DNA of 64,000 nt from Myxococcota bacterium (lineage in GTDB: Bacteria > Myxococcota_A > SURF-8), in NCBI GenBank assembly GCA_963674735.2, contig CAXXQS010000002.1:1504001-1568000 (forward strand), given 5' to 3'. Under the pieces are notes generated by a model that was not told the origin of the DNA, searched no databases, and worked only from the letters and a program-made list of their open reading frames with translations. A program made the translations under genes and the position numbers. Each line of letters starts with the position of its first letter. The stretch's first letter is position 1. Positions 1 through 10,015 of the stretch are shown piece after piece.

Positions 1-1
1 G

Positions 2-295
2 CTGCTGACGCCCGGCTTCCTCACCGATCTGCTTGGATTTTTATTGCTGCTCCCGCCGCTGCGCGCCGTGGTGCGGGTGTGGCTCAAGCACACCTTCAAA
101 GACCGGATCACCTTGCAAGGCATGGGCACGGGCGGCGCGGGCCCCTTCGGTCCGTTCTCCGGCGGCCCCAGGACATCCGGACCCAAGCCCGAGACGGATC
201 CCTTCTCCTCCTCGGATAACCGCAGCAAAACGCAACCGACCCAACGGCCGGACATCGTCATACCACCGAAAAACGACCCGCCGACCGATCGCTGA
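2..295 (+). CDS. fxsA: FxsA family membrane protein, 3' part (5' end outside window)
   Basis: Frame from base 2 reads LLTPGFLTDLLGFLLLLPPLR, the FxsA signature, followed by a Gly/Pro-rich tail. Confidence 0.8.
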   Translation: MLTPGFLTDLLGFLLLLPPLRAVVRVWLKHTFKDRITLQGMGTGGAGPFGPFSGGPRTSGPKPETDPFSSSDNRSKTQPTQRPDIVIPPKNDPPTDR

Positions 296-307
296 TCCGG
301 CCCGCCC

Positions 308-1090
308 TCAGCGGAAGTAGCCGGGCGGGACACCGGCCTTGCGCGCCTCCTCGCGGATCTTCGCGACTTCGGCGGCGGCGCGTGCCACATCGGCATTCAA
401 ACGCTTGAGACGGCGTTCGTACTTGACGCGGCAGTCGGGATCGTACTCGGCCGTCACCCCGGGAATGGCCTGATTGCCGCAATCCGGGGGCGCATCTCGC
501 ACATCGTCATGTATCCGCCTGGCCTTGGCCTCATTTTCGCGGGCCGCAAGCCAGCGCGTGCGCCACGCCTCATATTGCCGCTCCTGATTGGCCGCATCCG
601 CCCGAAAGGGCTCGGGATCGTAATCCTGCACCGACGATCCCCCCGCCGAAGCGGGTCGCTCGACACGCTCCACCTCCTCCACCTGGTCCCGATACGCAGG
701 CGGCACATCCTCGATATGCGAGGCGACGTGCGTCCGTCCCGTGATGTCGGTCCAACGGTAGAGAACGGTCGGGTCGCTTTCGAGCTTGGGGGGCTTATCC
801 TTCCGATTTTGACGGGCGTGCCGCCGCGCTTGATCGATCAATTCCTCAAGCGTCGTCCCCGACTCCTGAAGCGCCGGAGCCAACGGCGGCGGCTGCAGAT
901 CCGATTCCGGCACCTGCTCCGGTTCGGGCATGGGAGCAACCGGAAGCTTGGCCGCAGGCCGCTCCGAGGCGGCGGAAACATCCTTGGACGCCGCATCGGA
1001 CCCATTCGCCGATTCGTCATCGCAAGCCATGGCTCCCACTCCGATCAGTGCCAGCACCAGGATCCATTGCCAGACAGCCATGCGCGTCAT
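308..1090 (-). CDS. Lipoprotein with DUF4124-like domain
   Basis: Lipobox AMAC; YRWTDITGRTHV...VPPAYR motif; coiled-coil C-terminus ending ARKAGVPPGYFR. Confidence 0.65.
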   Translation of the reverse strand: MTRMAVWQWILVLALIGVGAMACDDESANGSDAASKDVSAASERPAAKLPVAPMPEPEQVPESDLQPPPLAPALQESGTTLEELIDQARRHARQNRKDKPPKLESDPTVLYRWTDITGRTHVASHIEDVPPAYRDQVEEVERVERPASAGGSSVQDYDPEPFRADAANQERQYEAWRTRWLAARENEAKARRIHDDVRDAPPDCGNQAIPGVTAEYDPDCRVKYERRLKRLNADVARAAAEVAKIREEARKAGVPPGYFR

Positions 1091-1271
1091 CGTTCATCCT
1101 TTCACCTAGACTTTCGGTAGTTTAAATGATAGCACGCCTCGGATCCCGCGGCAACCGCGACCCTGAAAATGCGGTCGGATTCCCTTGCGTCCGCCCGCAC
1201 TTCGCGTTAAAGTTAGCGATTGATGATTCGGACTCGCCGTCCATCTTTGAAGCATTCGGCAAGGAGCTCTA

Positions 1272-2915
1272 ATGATGCAGAAACATTCATTCACCCGCAG
1301 CCTGGGGTTATGGCTCGTGTTCTCTCTGCTGGCCATGATGTTGGCCGCACCGGCCGAAGCGGCCCTCAGCGATATTGCCGCGGTTTCCGATCCAAGCAAC
1401 ATGGTTCTCGGCAATCCCAAAGGGGGAGCCAGCACCATGATGGCGGCCGCCAACGCGTTTTACAATCAAGGCTTTGAAGACGAATTCGATTTCCTGTTCG
1501 TCTTTCTGGTCTACGCCCCCACCATCTTCGACGATGCCGTCTTCCCCGACTCCTACCCGGTTCAACAGGGGCCCAGTGGAACCGGCGCACCCGCGCCCGC
1601 CTATACGCCCGGCCAGTTCGGCTCGGCGGGGCGTCTGAAAGTCGTCGGCGATCTGTTTGCGGTATCCAACTTCACCTCCAATCCTTCCGACGCCTGGAAA
1701 GCCTCCTCGCTTTCAAGCGCCAGTGCCTTCTCGCAGAAGGCGATGCTGGGACGCGCCATGATGCGCTATTGGGGCGGCTACCTCAAGCTTCCGGGAAGCA
1801 ACGCCAACGGACTGCTGGGCGCTTCCGGTTATTGGTCCTACTTCTTTGCAAACGGAGGCTCGGTTCTCGGCGGCAATGCGATCCGCTCCCTGACCCCCGG
1901 CGAATTCATCGCCGATGGAACGGCGCGCCACATCACCGACATCGACCGCTACCTGATGGGCGTTTTGCCCAAAGAAGACGTCGAACCGATGTTCTGGGTC
2001 AACAATCCGAACTCCGAACACAGCGCCTCCGACCTGCCCGACCCCGGCGGCGATTATTTCGAAGGAAACCAAATCGAAGTCACCATCGACGATATCATCA
2101 GCGAAAACGGACAGGTTGCGGAGATTCAACCCACCGAACTCCGTTGCGCCTTCGTTCTGATCTCGCCCGGAGCCGCCAACACCACCGACCTCACCAAGCT
2201 CGATAATCTGCGTCAGAGCTTCCAGAGCTGGGTTGCCACGCAGACCAACAACAAGATCACCATGAACTGCCGCCTCAGCGACGATCCGGCCGATGGCGAC
2301 GCTCCCGATGGCGACGAACCGCAGGAATGCATTCCGGGTAATAAGCGCTGTAATATCAAATCGGTTGAAGAATGTATCGGCAACAACCAGTGGCAATTCG
2401 TGGAAGACTGCGGCATCCGTGACCTCTTCTGTCAGGACGGCGCATGCGTCAGCGAAATCACCGACGGCGACGACCCGAACGACTGCCAATCGGGGCAAAC
2501 TCGCTGCAACGGCGACATGGTCGAACGCTGCGAAGGCGGAAGCTGGATGTACGTGGAAAATTGCGCCGACTTCAGCCTGGTCTGCTCGACGTCCTCGGGC
2601 TTGGCCGAATGCGTCGATCCCGACACCGTCGACGGCGACAGCAACCCCACCGATGGCGATACGACCCAACCGACCGACGGCGACGCACCGACGGTCGAAT
2701 GCACCTTGCCGACCGACTGTCCCTTCAACAACCGCTGCACCTCGGCGGGGCTGTGCGAACCCTGCGAAAGCGGTACGGAACTGCGCGACAACATCTGCTT
2801 CGCGGCCAACGAGGAAGAAGGCGGCGGCGGCGGTTGCCAAACAACCGGACACGTGGCCGGGGCATTCGCGCTTCTACTGCTGCTGGCGTTCTTCGGGCTG
2901 CGCCGACGCGCCTGA
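1272..2915 (+). CDS. Secreted surface protein with metalloprotease-like N-terminal domain, Cys-rich repeats, DGD linkers and MYXO-CTERM-type anchor
   Basis: AAGGAG SD; signal peptide; C-terminus GGGGGC-x-hydrophobic-RRRA; two Cys-rich modules. Confidence 0.75.
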   Translation: MMQKHSFTRSLGLWLVFSLLAMMLAAPAEAALSDIAAVSDPSNMVLGNPKGGASTMMAAANAFYNQGFEDEFDFLFVFLVYAPTIFDDAVFPDSYPVQQGPSGTGAPAPAYTPGQFGSAGRLKVVGDLFAVSNFTSNPSDAWKASSLSSASAFSQKAMLGRAMMRYWGGYLKLPGSNANGLLGASGYWSYFFANGGSVLGGNAIRSLTPGEFIADGTARHITDIDRYLMGVLPKEDVEPMFWVNNPNSEHSASDLPDPGGDYFEGNQIEVTIDDIISENGQVAEIQPTELRCAFVLISPGAANTTDLTKLDNLRQSFQSWVATQTNNKITMNCRLSDDPADGDAPDGDEPQECIPGNKRCNIKSVEECIGNNQWQFVEDCGIRDLFCQDGACVSEITDGDDPNDCQSGQTRCNGDMVERCEGGSWMYVENCADFSLVCSTSSGLAECVDPDTVDGDSNPTDGDTTQPTDGDAPTVECTLPTDCPFNNRCTSAGLCEPCESGTELRDNICFAANEEEGGGGGCQTTGHVAGAFALLLLLAFFGLRRRA

Positions 2916-2945
2916 GCGCTCTCGATCCCACATCGCTGAAAAGCT

Positions 2946-2978
2946 CGGTCGACCCTTTGCGGGTCGGCCGTTTTTTTT
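2946..2978 (+). terminator. Rho-independent terminator
   Basis: CGGTCGACCC-TTTGC-GGGTCGGCCG hairpin followed by T8, just after the 2915 stop. Confidence 0.85.
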
Positions 2979-3044
2979 GGGTTCAACTCCCGTTTCCGGA
3001 GAAAGCGGCTCGGATGGCGAGCCACGTTTTTCGCCAGCCGAATC

Positions 3045-3362
3045 GTCACGCGGATGGGCTTTGTAGTGGTACGTCGACCGTTGCAGCTTCACCAGCGCGG
3101 CGCTCCGCCAGACGGGCAGACCACGGTGCTTTGCGTGATCCACCGCCTCTTTTCGATGCGCCGCCTTCACCCGTTTATTTCCAACAGCTCCTTGGCTACA
3201 TCGAGTTCCAGATCCCGCTCGGCCAAAAGCCGTTTCAGCCGGGCATTCTCTTTTTCAAGCTCCTTGAGGCGCTTCGTCTCCTATAACCGACAGGCCCCCG
3301 AATGTCTTACGCCAGCGGTAATACGTCTGCTCGCTTACCCCGATTTCCTTACAGGCCTGCGA
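3045..3362 (-). pseudogene. IS3-family transposase remnant (orfA plus start of orfB)
   Basis: Minus strand reads QACKEIGVSEQTYYRWRKTFGGL, then after a frameshift KRLKELEKENARLKRLLAERDL (OrfA), then REAV-like/RSTYHY OrfB start; no integrase core. Confidence 0.8.
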
Positions 3363-3429
3363 AACTGGACAAGCTTCGACGCTGCGTTTTACGGCGCGTC
3401 GGGAAACAGCTCGCTCAAGGCGTCCATCA

Positions 3430-4776
3430 TCAGCGTCCGGTCTGCGGGCCGACGCTCACCGTGCGTTCGTAGGCGTACAGCGGGTTCTGCCATTCTTCGG
3501 CGCTCATGATGTAGCCGATTTCATCATTGGCCAATCCCAGCAGCATTTTGTAGCGTCCCGGCATCCGATCCTTGATGCGGAAACCCAGCGTCGGGGAGAT
3601 TTCGCCGGGAACGCTCGCCAAGGTCAGTGCGCCCAGATCGACGCGCCACACTTCGCTGTAGAGCATGTTGTTTTTCATCGAGCGGGTGAAAATGCCCTTT
3701 TGGCCGAGATACGTGAACACATCGTTTTCCACCGGGAATTTCACGAGCCGCCGATCGATGCGGATCTGATCGAGGTCGAGTCGGACGGCGTTATCCAGGG
3801 CGCGGCCGGTGTAGCTGGCCAAGACGGCCCCCGCCCGAATGGCCGCGTCACGGCGCAGGCGCACGTTGTTTTCGGTGTGGCGCGGCATGGCCGGGACGAC
3901 GATCACGCCCAATGCGCCGTTCATAAACAGCGCGATGCCGCCCTCCCGTTGTTCCACTTCGCGGTAGAGATAGCCCGGAAAGTCGGGGTGCAGCTCGTCG
4001 TTGTTTTGCCCCAAAAATTCGGCATGACAGGCGTAATTGACCAAGGTTCCGATGCTGCGGCCTTCGCGGTCGCGCGCCTGCAGAACGGTCAGGGCGTCGT
4101 CTTTAAGGCCGGGAACATGCGCGTTTTCGCTGATACCGGGCGGAATCGTCACCTCGTTGGCGAACAGCTCGGCCGGACGCGCGTTGAGGGCCGCTTGCAC
4201 GATGGCGGCCGCCACATCGCGTTCCACCCGATCCATGTAGCGTTCATCGATGCCGCTTTCGACCGGCAGGGCGAAAAAGGCCCACGAGCCCCACATGCCC
4301 AGCGTGTCGGGACCGGCGTGGGTGTGGGTCGAGGCGATCAGGATGTCTTTGCCGTATGTTTTCGAGACGCGCCCGCGCATATCCCAGATGCGGTCGTTCA
4401 TCAGGCCGACGAAATCGAGGTTGACGAGCACCAGCGTGTTACGGCCGTCGTCCAGCAGCAACACGCGCCCCGTGATGGGCATGCCCACACCGGCTGCTTT
4501 TTTATTCGGCATGTAACCGGCGATGTAGGTGCCGTGCGGGTTGGCCGGGGTCAGATCCACCATGGCCGCACCGGCCACCAAGGACGGCGACGACGCGGCC
4601 AGACGGCGCGCTTTCCAGCGGTCGAAGGCGCTCGGACCTTGCGCTTTCACCGGCTTGACGTCGGGGATGGTTTCGGGCCAGGTGAAGTTGGGCGGGTCGC
4701 AGGCCGACAAAGCCACCACGCCCAGAAACACCAAGATCGCCGATATGAAAGCTACGTTGAAAAGACGCGCCTGCAT
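3430..4776 (-). CDS. Neutral/alkaline ceramidase-like lipoprotein
   Basis: Lipobox LSAC; STHTHAGPD, NYACH, PGEI and GLANDEIGY motifs; start at ATG 4776 after AAAGAGG. Confidence 0.7.
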   Translation of the reverse strand: MQARLFNVAFISAILVFLGVVALSACDPPNFTWPETIPDVKPVKAQGPSAFDRWKARRLAASSPSLVAGAAMVDLTPANPHGTYIAGYMPNKKAAGVGMPITGRVLLLDDGRNTLVLVNLDFVGLMNDRIWDMRGRVSKTYGKDILIASTHTHAGPDTLGMWGSWAFFALPVESGIDERYMDRVERDVAAAIVQAALNARPAELFANEVTIPPGISENAHVPGLKDDALTVLQARDREGRSIGTLVNYACHAEFLGQNNDELHPDFPGYLYREVEQREGGIALFMNGALGVIVVPAMPRHTENNVRLRRDAAIRAGAVLASYTGRALDNAVRLDLDQIRIDRRLVKFPVENDVFTYLGQKGIFTRSMKNNMLYSEVWRVDLGALTLASVPGEISPTLGFRIKDRMPGRYKMLLGLANDEIGYIMSAEEWQNPLYAYERTVSVGPQTGR

Positions 4777-5023
4777 GGGTGTAACCTCTTTGAATAAATG
4801 GATTAATCCAACTCGACCGTGCGGGATGCTACCACGACGAAGGAGGGGGGTCAAGGGTTCCGAGCGCCTATTAGGGCGTCGTGCAAAGGGCGGCTTGCGT
4901 TTGTGTATTGGGCCTGCGCGGCAGTTGTGCTACACTATGGGCTATTCCTCTATTCGCCGAACACGCTTCATTCGCGGGAGCGTTGGGCGTTTGTGACGGC
5001 GAAACGGATAGGAAGGAGGCCAG

Positions 5024-5563
5024 ATGCAGCGCTCCGTCGGCAAGCCGGTTCCCCCGGTCGCCCCCGATGTGGTCGTGCGGGGGGCGTTGCATTCGGATGT
5101 GGAGGCCGTGGCGGGTCTGTGGCGGCAATTGTTCAGTCTGCATGCCGAGTTGGACCCGGTGTTCACCCCGGCCGAGGACGGCCACGTGCATTATCGGCGC
5201 TGGGTGCGCTATCACCTCGACCGCCCCGATTCCATCGTGGTCGTCTCCGAGGTGGCGGAGGAGGTGGTCGGCTACGTGCTGGCCATTATCCAGACCCTGC
5301 CGCCGGTCTTGCGTTACCAGCGCATCGGGCTGATTTCCGATGCGGCGGTCGACGAACGGCATCGCAACCTCACCATCGGTCGCCAACTGGTGGCGGAGGT
5401 GGAACGCCGCCTGCAAGATCGGGGCGTACAGCGAATCGAACTCAAGTCCGCCAGCGCCAATTCGCAGGCCAACCACTTCTGGCAGGAGGTTTGCGGGTAT
5501 ATGGAGTTTGCCAAGGTGCGGGCGAAAATTTTCGATAACGGGAAGGATCATGAAAGCAGTTGA
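5024..5563 (+). CDS. GNAT family N-acetyltransferase
   Basis: VDERHRNLTIGRQL motif A, N..ANHFW motif B; GGAGG SD. Confidence 0.8.
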   Translation: MQRSVGKPVPPVAPDVVVRGALHSDVEAVAGLWRQLFSLHAELDPVFTPAEDGHVHYRRWVRYHLDRPDSIVVVSEVAEEVVGYVLAIIQTLPPVLRYQRIGLISDAAVDERHRNLTIGRQLVAEVERRLQDRGVQRIELKSASANSQANHFWQEVCGYMEFAKVRAKIFDNGKDHESS

Positions 5564-6080
5564 TAGAATGAAGCTGGTGCATGGCGACATCACCCGACAG
5601 CGGGTCGATGCGATCGTCAATGCCGCCAACAACGGGCTTCTGGGCGGCGGCGGAGTGGATGGCGCCATCCATCGGGCGGCGGGTCCGACCCTCCTGGAGG
5701 AATGTCGCCGTCTCAACGGTTGCGCCACCGGCGACGCCAAGGCGACCCAGGGCGGCCAGCTCATGGCGGGTTACGTGATCCATACGGTGGGGCCCGTGTA
5801 CAAAGGACGCGGCGACGAAGCCGCGCTGTTGGCCTCCTGCTATCGCCGCAGCTTGGAAGTGGCCGGTGAACTCCAAGCCGTGACCGTGGCGTTTCCCTCC
5901 ATTTCGACGGGCGTCTACGGCTACCCGATCGAGGAGGCCTGCCCGATCGTGCTCAAGACCGTCGCGGCTCAACTCGACATTCAAAAAGGAATACAGGAAG
6001 TTCGTTTTGTCTTATTCTCCAAAGAAAACCTCGATGTCTATCGCCACTATTTTCTCAAACTCTTCAGCCGCTCCGCTTAA
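5550..6080 (+). CDS. ymdB: Macrodomain O-acetyl-ADP-ribose deacetylase (YmdB-like)
   Basis: GDIT..VDAIVNAAN..LLGGGGVDGAIHRAAG, HTVGP, FPSISTGVYGYP. Confidence 0.9.
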   Translation: MKAVDRMKLVHGDITRQRVDAIVNAANNGLLGGGGVDGAIHRAAGPTLLEECRRLNGCATGDAKATQGGQLMAGYVIHTVGPVYKGRGDEAALLASCYRRSLEVAGELQAVTVAFPSISTGVYGYPIEEACPIVLKTVAAQLDIQKGIQEVRFVLFSKENLDVYRHYFLKLFSRSA

Positions 6081-7524
6081 GCGACGGACGTCGCGTGCGG
6101 GCTGGCTCGTGCGGCTGCTGGTGCTGGGTTGTCTGAGCCTGTGGGGGGCTGCGGCTCTGGCCGAGCAACCGCTCCCGGTCGCTTCGACCCCATCGGAGAC
6201 GCTGGCGTCCGCCGTTCCCGAATCGGCTCCCCCCGAACCGGCTGCGGTTTCGTCGTCCCCTGAAACATCGGCTGCATCCATGCCCGCTGCGGCTCCCGTG
6301 GCGGATCGACCCGCCGAGGCTGCCGAGATGTCTTCCGGTGCCGAGGATTACAAGCAGCTCATCCGGGACAACGACGTCTATCTCATGTCGCCCGAAATGT
6401 GGACGGCCTTTCAACGTTATACCGCCGGGGAGATCTACGATTTCGACGGCGAACTCGATCGGATTCTGGTGAAGCGCCCCTATCTCTTTTCGGCGCATTT
6501 CTGGTCGGGGCTGGTGAAAGTGCGCCGGGTGATGATCGCGCCGGGTCTGCATGAATACGACCAGGCGATTCAAGACCGATTCGGCACCTGCATCGAAAAG
6601 GCTCGGCGAGCCGGAAAAACCAAGCAGTTTCACACGGCCGGAATGTTTTACGAAATGATGTGCGAGGCGGGGCTGGGCATGTACAACGGCATCCGCGGCA
6701 ATTATTTGAAAGCGCATGGAAACGGGCGGCGCGGAATGGAGCTTCTGGACAAGGTGCTCAAGGCGCGTCCCAACCTGCACGCGGCGCTGCTGGTCAAGGG
6801 AATGTATAATTTCTACACCGGACGTTTCGGTGTCATGACCCGCTTGTTGATGCGCCTGATGGGCATGACGCCCGGCGACAAGGTCGAGGGCCTGCGCCAG
6901 ATCACCCGCGCCATTGAAGAAGACAGTCCGGTGCATTACTTCACCGGGATCTATGCCGTCTACGCCTTCGCGCCGCTCGCCAGCCAGCGCACGCGTGCGT
7001 TACGCGTCGCCGAAGAGATGGTCAAGCGCTATCCCAACAATTATTACCCCTATCTGCTGCGCGGGTACGTATACGAGAAAAAGGGGAAATTCAAGAAAGC
7101 GCGCACCAACTACCGGCAGGGCCGTCGGCTCTTGAAGGGTCCGCCCGAAGCCTACAAAGACATCATCCATGTTTCGGACATCTTCTTGCTGGACGTGCGC
7201 ATTCACTTCATTACGGCGCTTTACGATCGTGACGACGACTCGCTGCGCTGGCTGCAGCGCTGGGGCAACAACCGGCAGGCGCGTTACGCCGACGCGCCGC
7301 TGATCGCCAACATGTACCTCGGACATCTTTACAGCTATGCAAGGCTGGACGAGCAGTCGCTTAAGTTCTATAAGAAGATGCAGTCTTTTCCAGACGCGGA
7401 ATGGATGAAGGATCTCGGCAAGAAGTACGAAAAGCTGCCGATGCGCCGGCGGCGGCCGAAATCCAAGAAAATCACCGGCCCGCTTAAACCCTGGTTGCTC
7501 AAGCATCCGGAAATCAAGGCTTGA
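6007..7524 (+). CDS. Exported TPR-repeat protein (true start probably ~6108)
   Basis: Signal-like hydrophobic stretch, Ala/Pro/Ser linker, helical TPR-like repeats (YPNNYYPYLLRGYVYEKKG). Confidence 0.6.
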   Translation: MSYSPKKTSMSIATIFSNSSAAPLKRRTSRAGWLVRLLVLGCLSLWGAAALAEQPLPVASTPSETLASAVPESAPPEPAAVSSSPETSAASMPAAAPVADRPAEAAEMSSGAEDYKQLIRDNDVYLMSPEMWTAFQRYTAGEIYDFDGELDRILVKRPYLFSAHFWSGLVKVRRVMIAPGLHEYDQAIQDRFGTCIEKARRAGKTKQFHTAGMFYEMMCEAGLGMYNGIRGNYLKAHGNGRRGMELLDKVLKARPNLHAALLVKGMYNFYTGRFGVMTRLLMRLMGMTPGDKVEGLRQITRAIEEDSPVHYFTGIYAVYAFAPLASQRTRALRVAEEMVKRYPNNYYPYLLRGYVYEKKGKFKKARTNYRQGRRLLKGPPEAYKDIIHVSDIFLLDVRIHFITALYDRDDDSLRWLQRWGNNRQARYADAPLIANMYLGHLYSYARLDEQSLKFYKKMQSFPDAEWMKDLGKKYEKLPMRRRRPKSKKITGPLKPWLLKHPEIKA

Positions 7525-7537
7525 AGGAGAGCGCGTT

Positions 7538-10006
7538 ATGTCTTCCCGTTCGTTTGTCCCGGTTGCGTGGTTGATGCTGTTGATGGTGGGGGTGTGGGCC
7601 TGCTCCTCGGGGAACTCCGAGCCGCCCGCCGGGGATGAGGACTATGGGCCGTACTCCGAATACGAAATCGAGGAAGAAGATTTCGTCGACGGCGATCAGG
7701 ACGATGTCGAGTGGGATCGCTGGGAGCCGGGGACGATTTCCTATCCCAGTGTGGCCGATACGCCCTTCAAACAATGGCGCGCCCGTACCTTTTCGAGCGC
7801 CGACATGACCGACCCGCCGCAGAATGTCCGCCGGGTGTTGTCGTGGGTCGGCGGCGGCGCTTATATCGGCGCGGAAAACGGCTTGTACTACTGGGATACG
7901 GAGGCGGAGACGCTTACGAAGCTCGATCCGCCGGCGGGCGTGACCGATTTCCAGATCCTCGATCTGGAGCGCGGTTACGACAACACGCTGTATATTCTGG
8001 CCGTCAGCAACATCTCCTCCTACCTCTACAGCTTGCGTTATCAGAATCAGATCGAGATCGAAACGGATTGCCTGCTGGGTCACACTCCCACCTCTCTGAC
8101 TTCCAAGGGAACCTCCCACCTGCTGTACATCGGCACCACCGGCGGCGTTTACGAGTTCAACAACACCGAGTGCTTCCGCAAAGCCAACTATCCCGAAGGC
8201 TACGTGGTGGACTTCGTGGCCGATGAGGAGAACCGGGTGGCGGTGATGTCGCGCCTGGAAGGGCAAGGCGACACCCTGCACCTGTTCAACCAGAACCAGT
8301 GGTTTACCTTCGATAAAAGCTCCGGCCTGCTCGACGCGCGGCCGACGTCCCTGGCTTTCTACAGCGACGATGTTTCCGAGCGCGATGAATTGTGGATTGC
8401 CTACGATGACGGCTTGCAGGTGATGAACGTCCCGCGGCGCACGTTTACGAGTTATCGGGGCGCGCCCTGCGACGACGGCGGCTATGCCGAAGGCTGTGGA
8501 TTGCCCTGGAGCGATATCGGGCAGATTGCGGTTGCTCCCGATGGGGTGGTCTGGGCCTCGACCGAAAAGGCCGCGTTGCGCATCGCCAGCGACGGCGAGG
8601 TGGGACGCAAAGCTTTTTACAGCCACCGCTGGTTGCTCGACGATGCGGTGCTGAGCGTCGGTTTCGACAGTGCCGGAAGCGTGTGGCTCGGGCATGCGGA
8701 CGGACTGACGCAGCTGCGAACGGAGGACTGGACGCTGGCCGGTAAAGCGGCGCATTTCCGCTCGATTCTGACGGAACGGCACCTGCGGCCGGTGGGCGAC
8801 AGCAGCGGTGGATTTTCCGCCCGTTGCAGCTTGGCGAATCCCGGCGATACCTCCGCGTGTGACGTGTGGCGCGAAGCCGATGAATCCTTGTGGACCGGCA
8901 TGTACGCTTTGGCCGAACTGTTCCGGCTGGGAGCGTCGCAGGATCAGGACGTAAAGGAGGAATCCCGTCAGGCGGCTAAAGGCGCGGCGGCGCTTGTTCG
9001 CGAGTTGGAGCGGGCTACCCAGGTCGACGGGCTTCCGGCGCGTTCCATCGTTCCGCGCGATTACTGGACGCCGGGCGATCCGGAGGCGGAAGGCTGGAAT
9101 CGTTCCGATACGCATTGGTGGCTTGGCGATACCGGTTCCGATTCCATCGTGGGGCACGTGCTGCTTAGCGGCTTTTACTACGATATCATCTTCGACGAGG
9201 CCGAGAAGAGCGCCACGGCTGAAACTCTGGGACGCATCGCCGCCTATATTCAGGCCAACGGCTGGCGCTTGATCGATATCACCGGCGATCCCACCAGCTC
9301 GGGGCACTGGGAAGACGAGTGGGTGACCGGTACCAAGGGGATTGATGGCGGCGGCGGGCTTAGCGCCTTGCAGCTTCTGGCGCTGTTGCGGGTCGCCTAT
9401 CATGTTACCGGCGATGAAAACGTCTTCGAGGCCTACATCGAGCGGGCCCACGATGCCGAGTATGCCCAGATGACGCGCCATCAGAAAACGCTGACCAGTC
9501 AGCGCGAGAGCAATCATTCCGACGACCAGCTGGCCTTTTTGTCCTACCTGTCGCTGTTGCGCTATGCCGATATCGTGGACTTCCGCGACATATACATGGC
9601 GTCGCTGCAAGAGGCGTTCGCCGCCGACCGGCCCGAAAGCTCGGCGCTGTTCAATCTGATCACCGGCGTCTATACGTATGATGCTTTCGATCTGGAAGAA
9701 GCGGTGGCTCTGTTGCAGGATGCGCCCCTGGATTTGATCGATTGGCGCGTGGATACCTGCTGGCGCATGGATGTGACGGTGGATGCGCAGCCGGATCGCG
9801 AGGGCAAACGTCAACTGACCACCGTGCTGCCGCTGTCGGAACGCAAGCTGATGCGCTGGGACGCCAACCCCTACACCTGCGAATGGGCCGACAACACGGA
9901 CGATCCGCTGGGCGGCTGGTCGGAAGACGACGGGGTTTACTGGCTGCTTCCCTACTGGCTGGGGCGCTACTATCACATGATCGACGCCCCGGCGACGGTC
10001 GAATAG
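7538..10006 (+). CDS. Lipoprotein: beta-propeller plus C-terminal alpha/alpha-toroid (glycosidase-like) domain
   Basis: Lipobox VWAC; DGD acidic linker; propeller repeats (IAVAPDGVVWAST, GSVWLGHADGL); C-terminal WLLPYWLGRYY. Confidence 0.6.
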   Translation: MSSRSFVPVAWLMLLMVGVWACSSGNSEPPAGDEDYGPYSEYEIEEEDFVDGDQDDVEWDRWEPGTISYPSVADTPFKQWRARTFSSADMTDPPQNVRRVLSWVGGGAYIGAENGLYYWDTEAETLTKLDPPAGVTDFQILDLERGYDNTLYILAVSNISSYLYSLRYQNQIEIETDCLLGHTPTSLTSKGTSHLLYIGTTGGVYEFNNTECFRKANYPEGYVVDFVADEENRVAVMSRLEGQGDTLHLFNQNQWFTFDKSSGLLDARPTSLAFYSDDVSERDELWIAYDDGLQVMNVPRRTFTSYRGAPCDDGGYAEGCGLPWSDIGQIAVAPDGVVWASTEKAALRIASDGEVGRKAFYSHRWLLDDAVLSVGFDSAGSVWLGHADGLTQLRTEDWTLAGKAAHFRSILTERHLRPVGDSSGGFSARCSLANPGDTSACDVWREADESLWTGMYALAELFRLGASQDQDVKEESRQAAKGAAALVRELERATQVDGLPARSIVPRDYWTPGDPEAEGWNRSDTHWWLGDTGSDSIVGHVLLSGFYYDIIFDEAEKSATAETLGRIAAYIQANGWRLIDITGDPTSSGHWEDEWVTGTKGIDGGGGLSALQLLALLRVAYHVTGDENVFEAYIERAHDAEYAQMTRHQKTLTSQRESNHSDDQLAFLSYLSLLRYADIVDFRDIYMASLQEAFAADRPESSALFNLITGVYTYDAFDLEEAVALLQDAPLDLIDWRVDTCWRMDVTVDAQPDREGKRQLTTVLPLSERKLMRWDANPYTCEWADNTDDPLGGWSEDDGVYWLLPYWLGRYYHMIDAPATVE

Positions 10007-10015
10007 CGGAAAGAA

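Noticed and set aside
7514-9976. 820-aa minus-strand ORF (and similar long antisense ORFs, e.g. 3700-4797, 17605-18615, 27487-28515)
   Set aside because: Shadow frames of real genes in GC-rich DNA; no motifs
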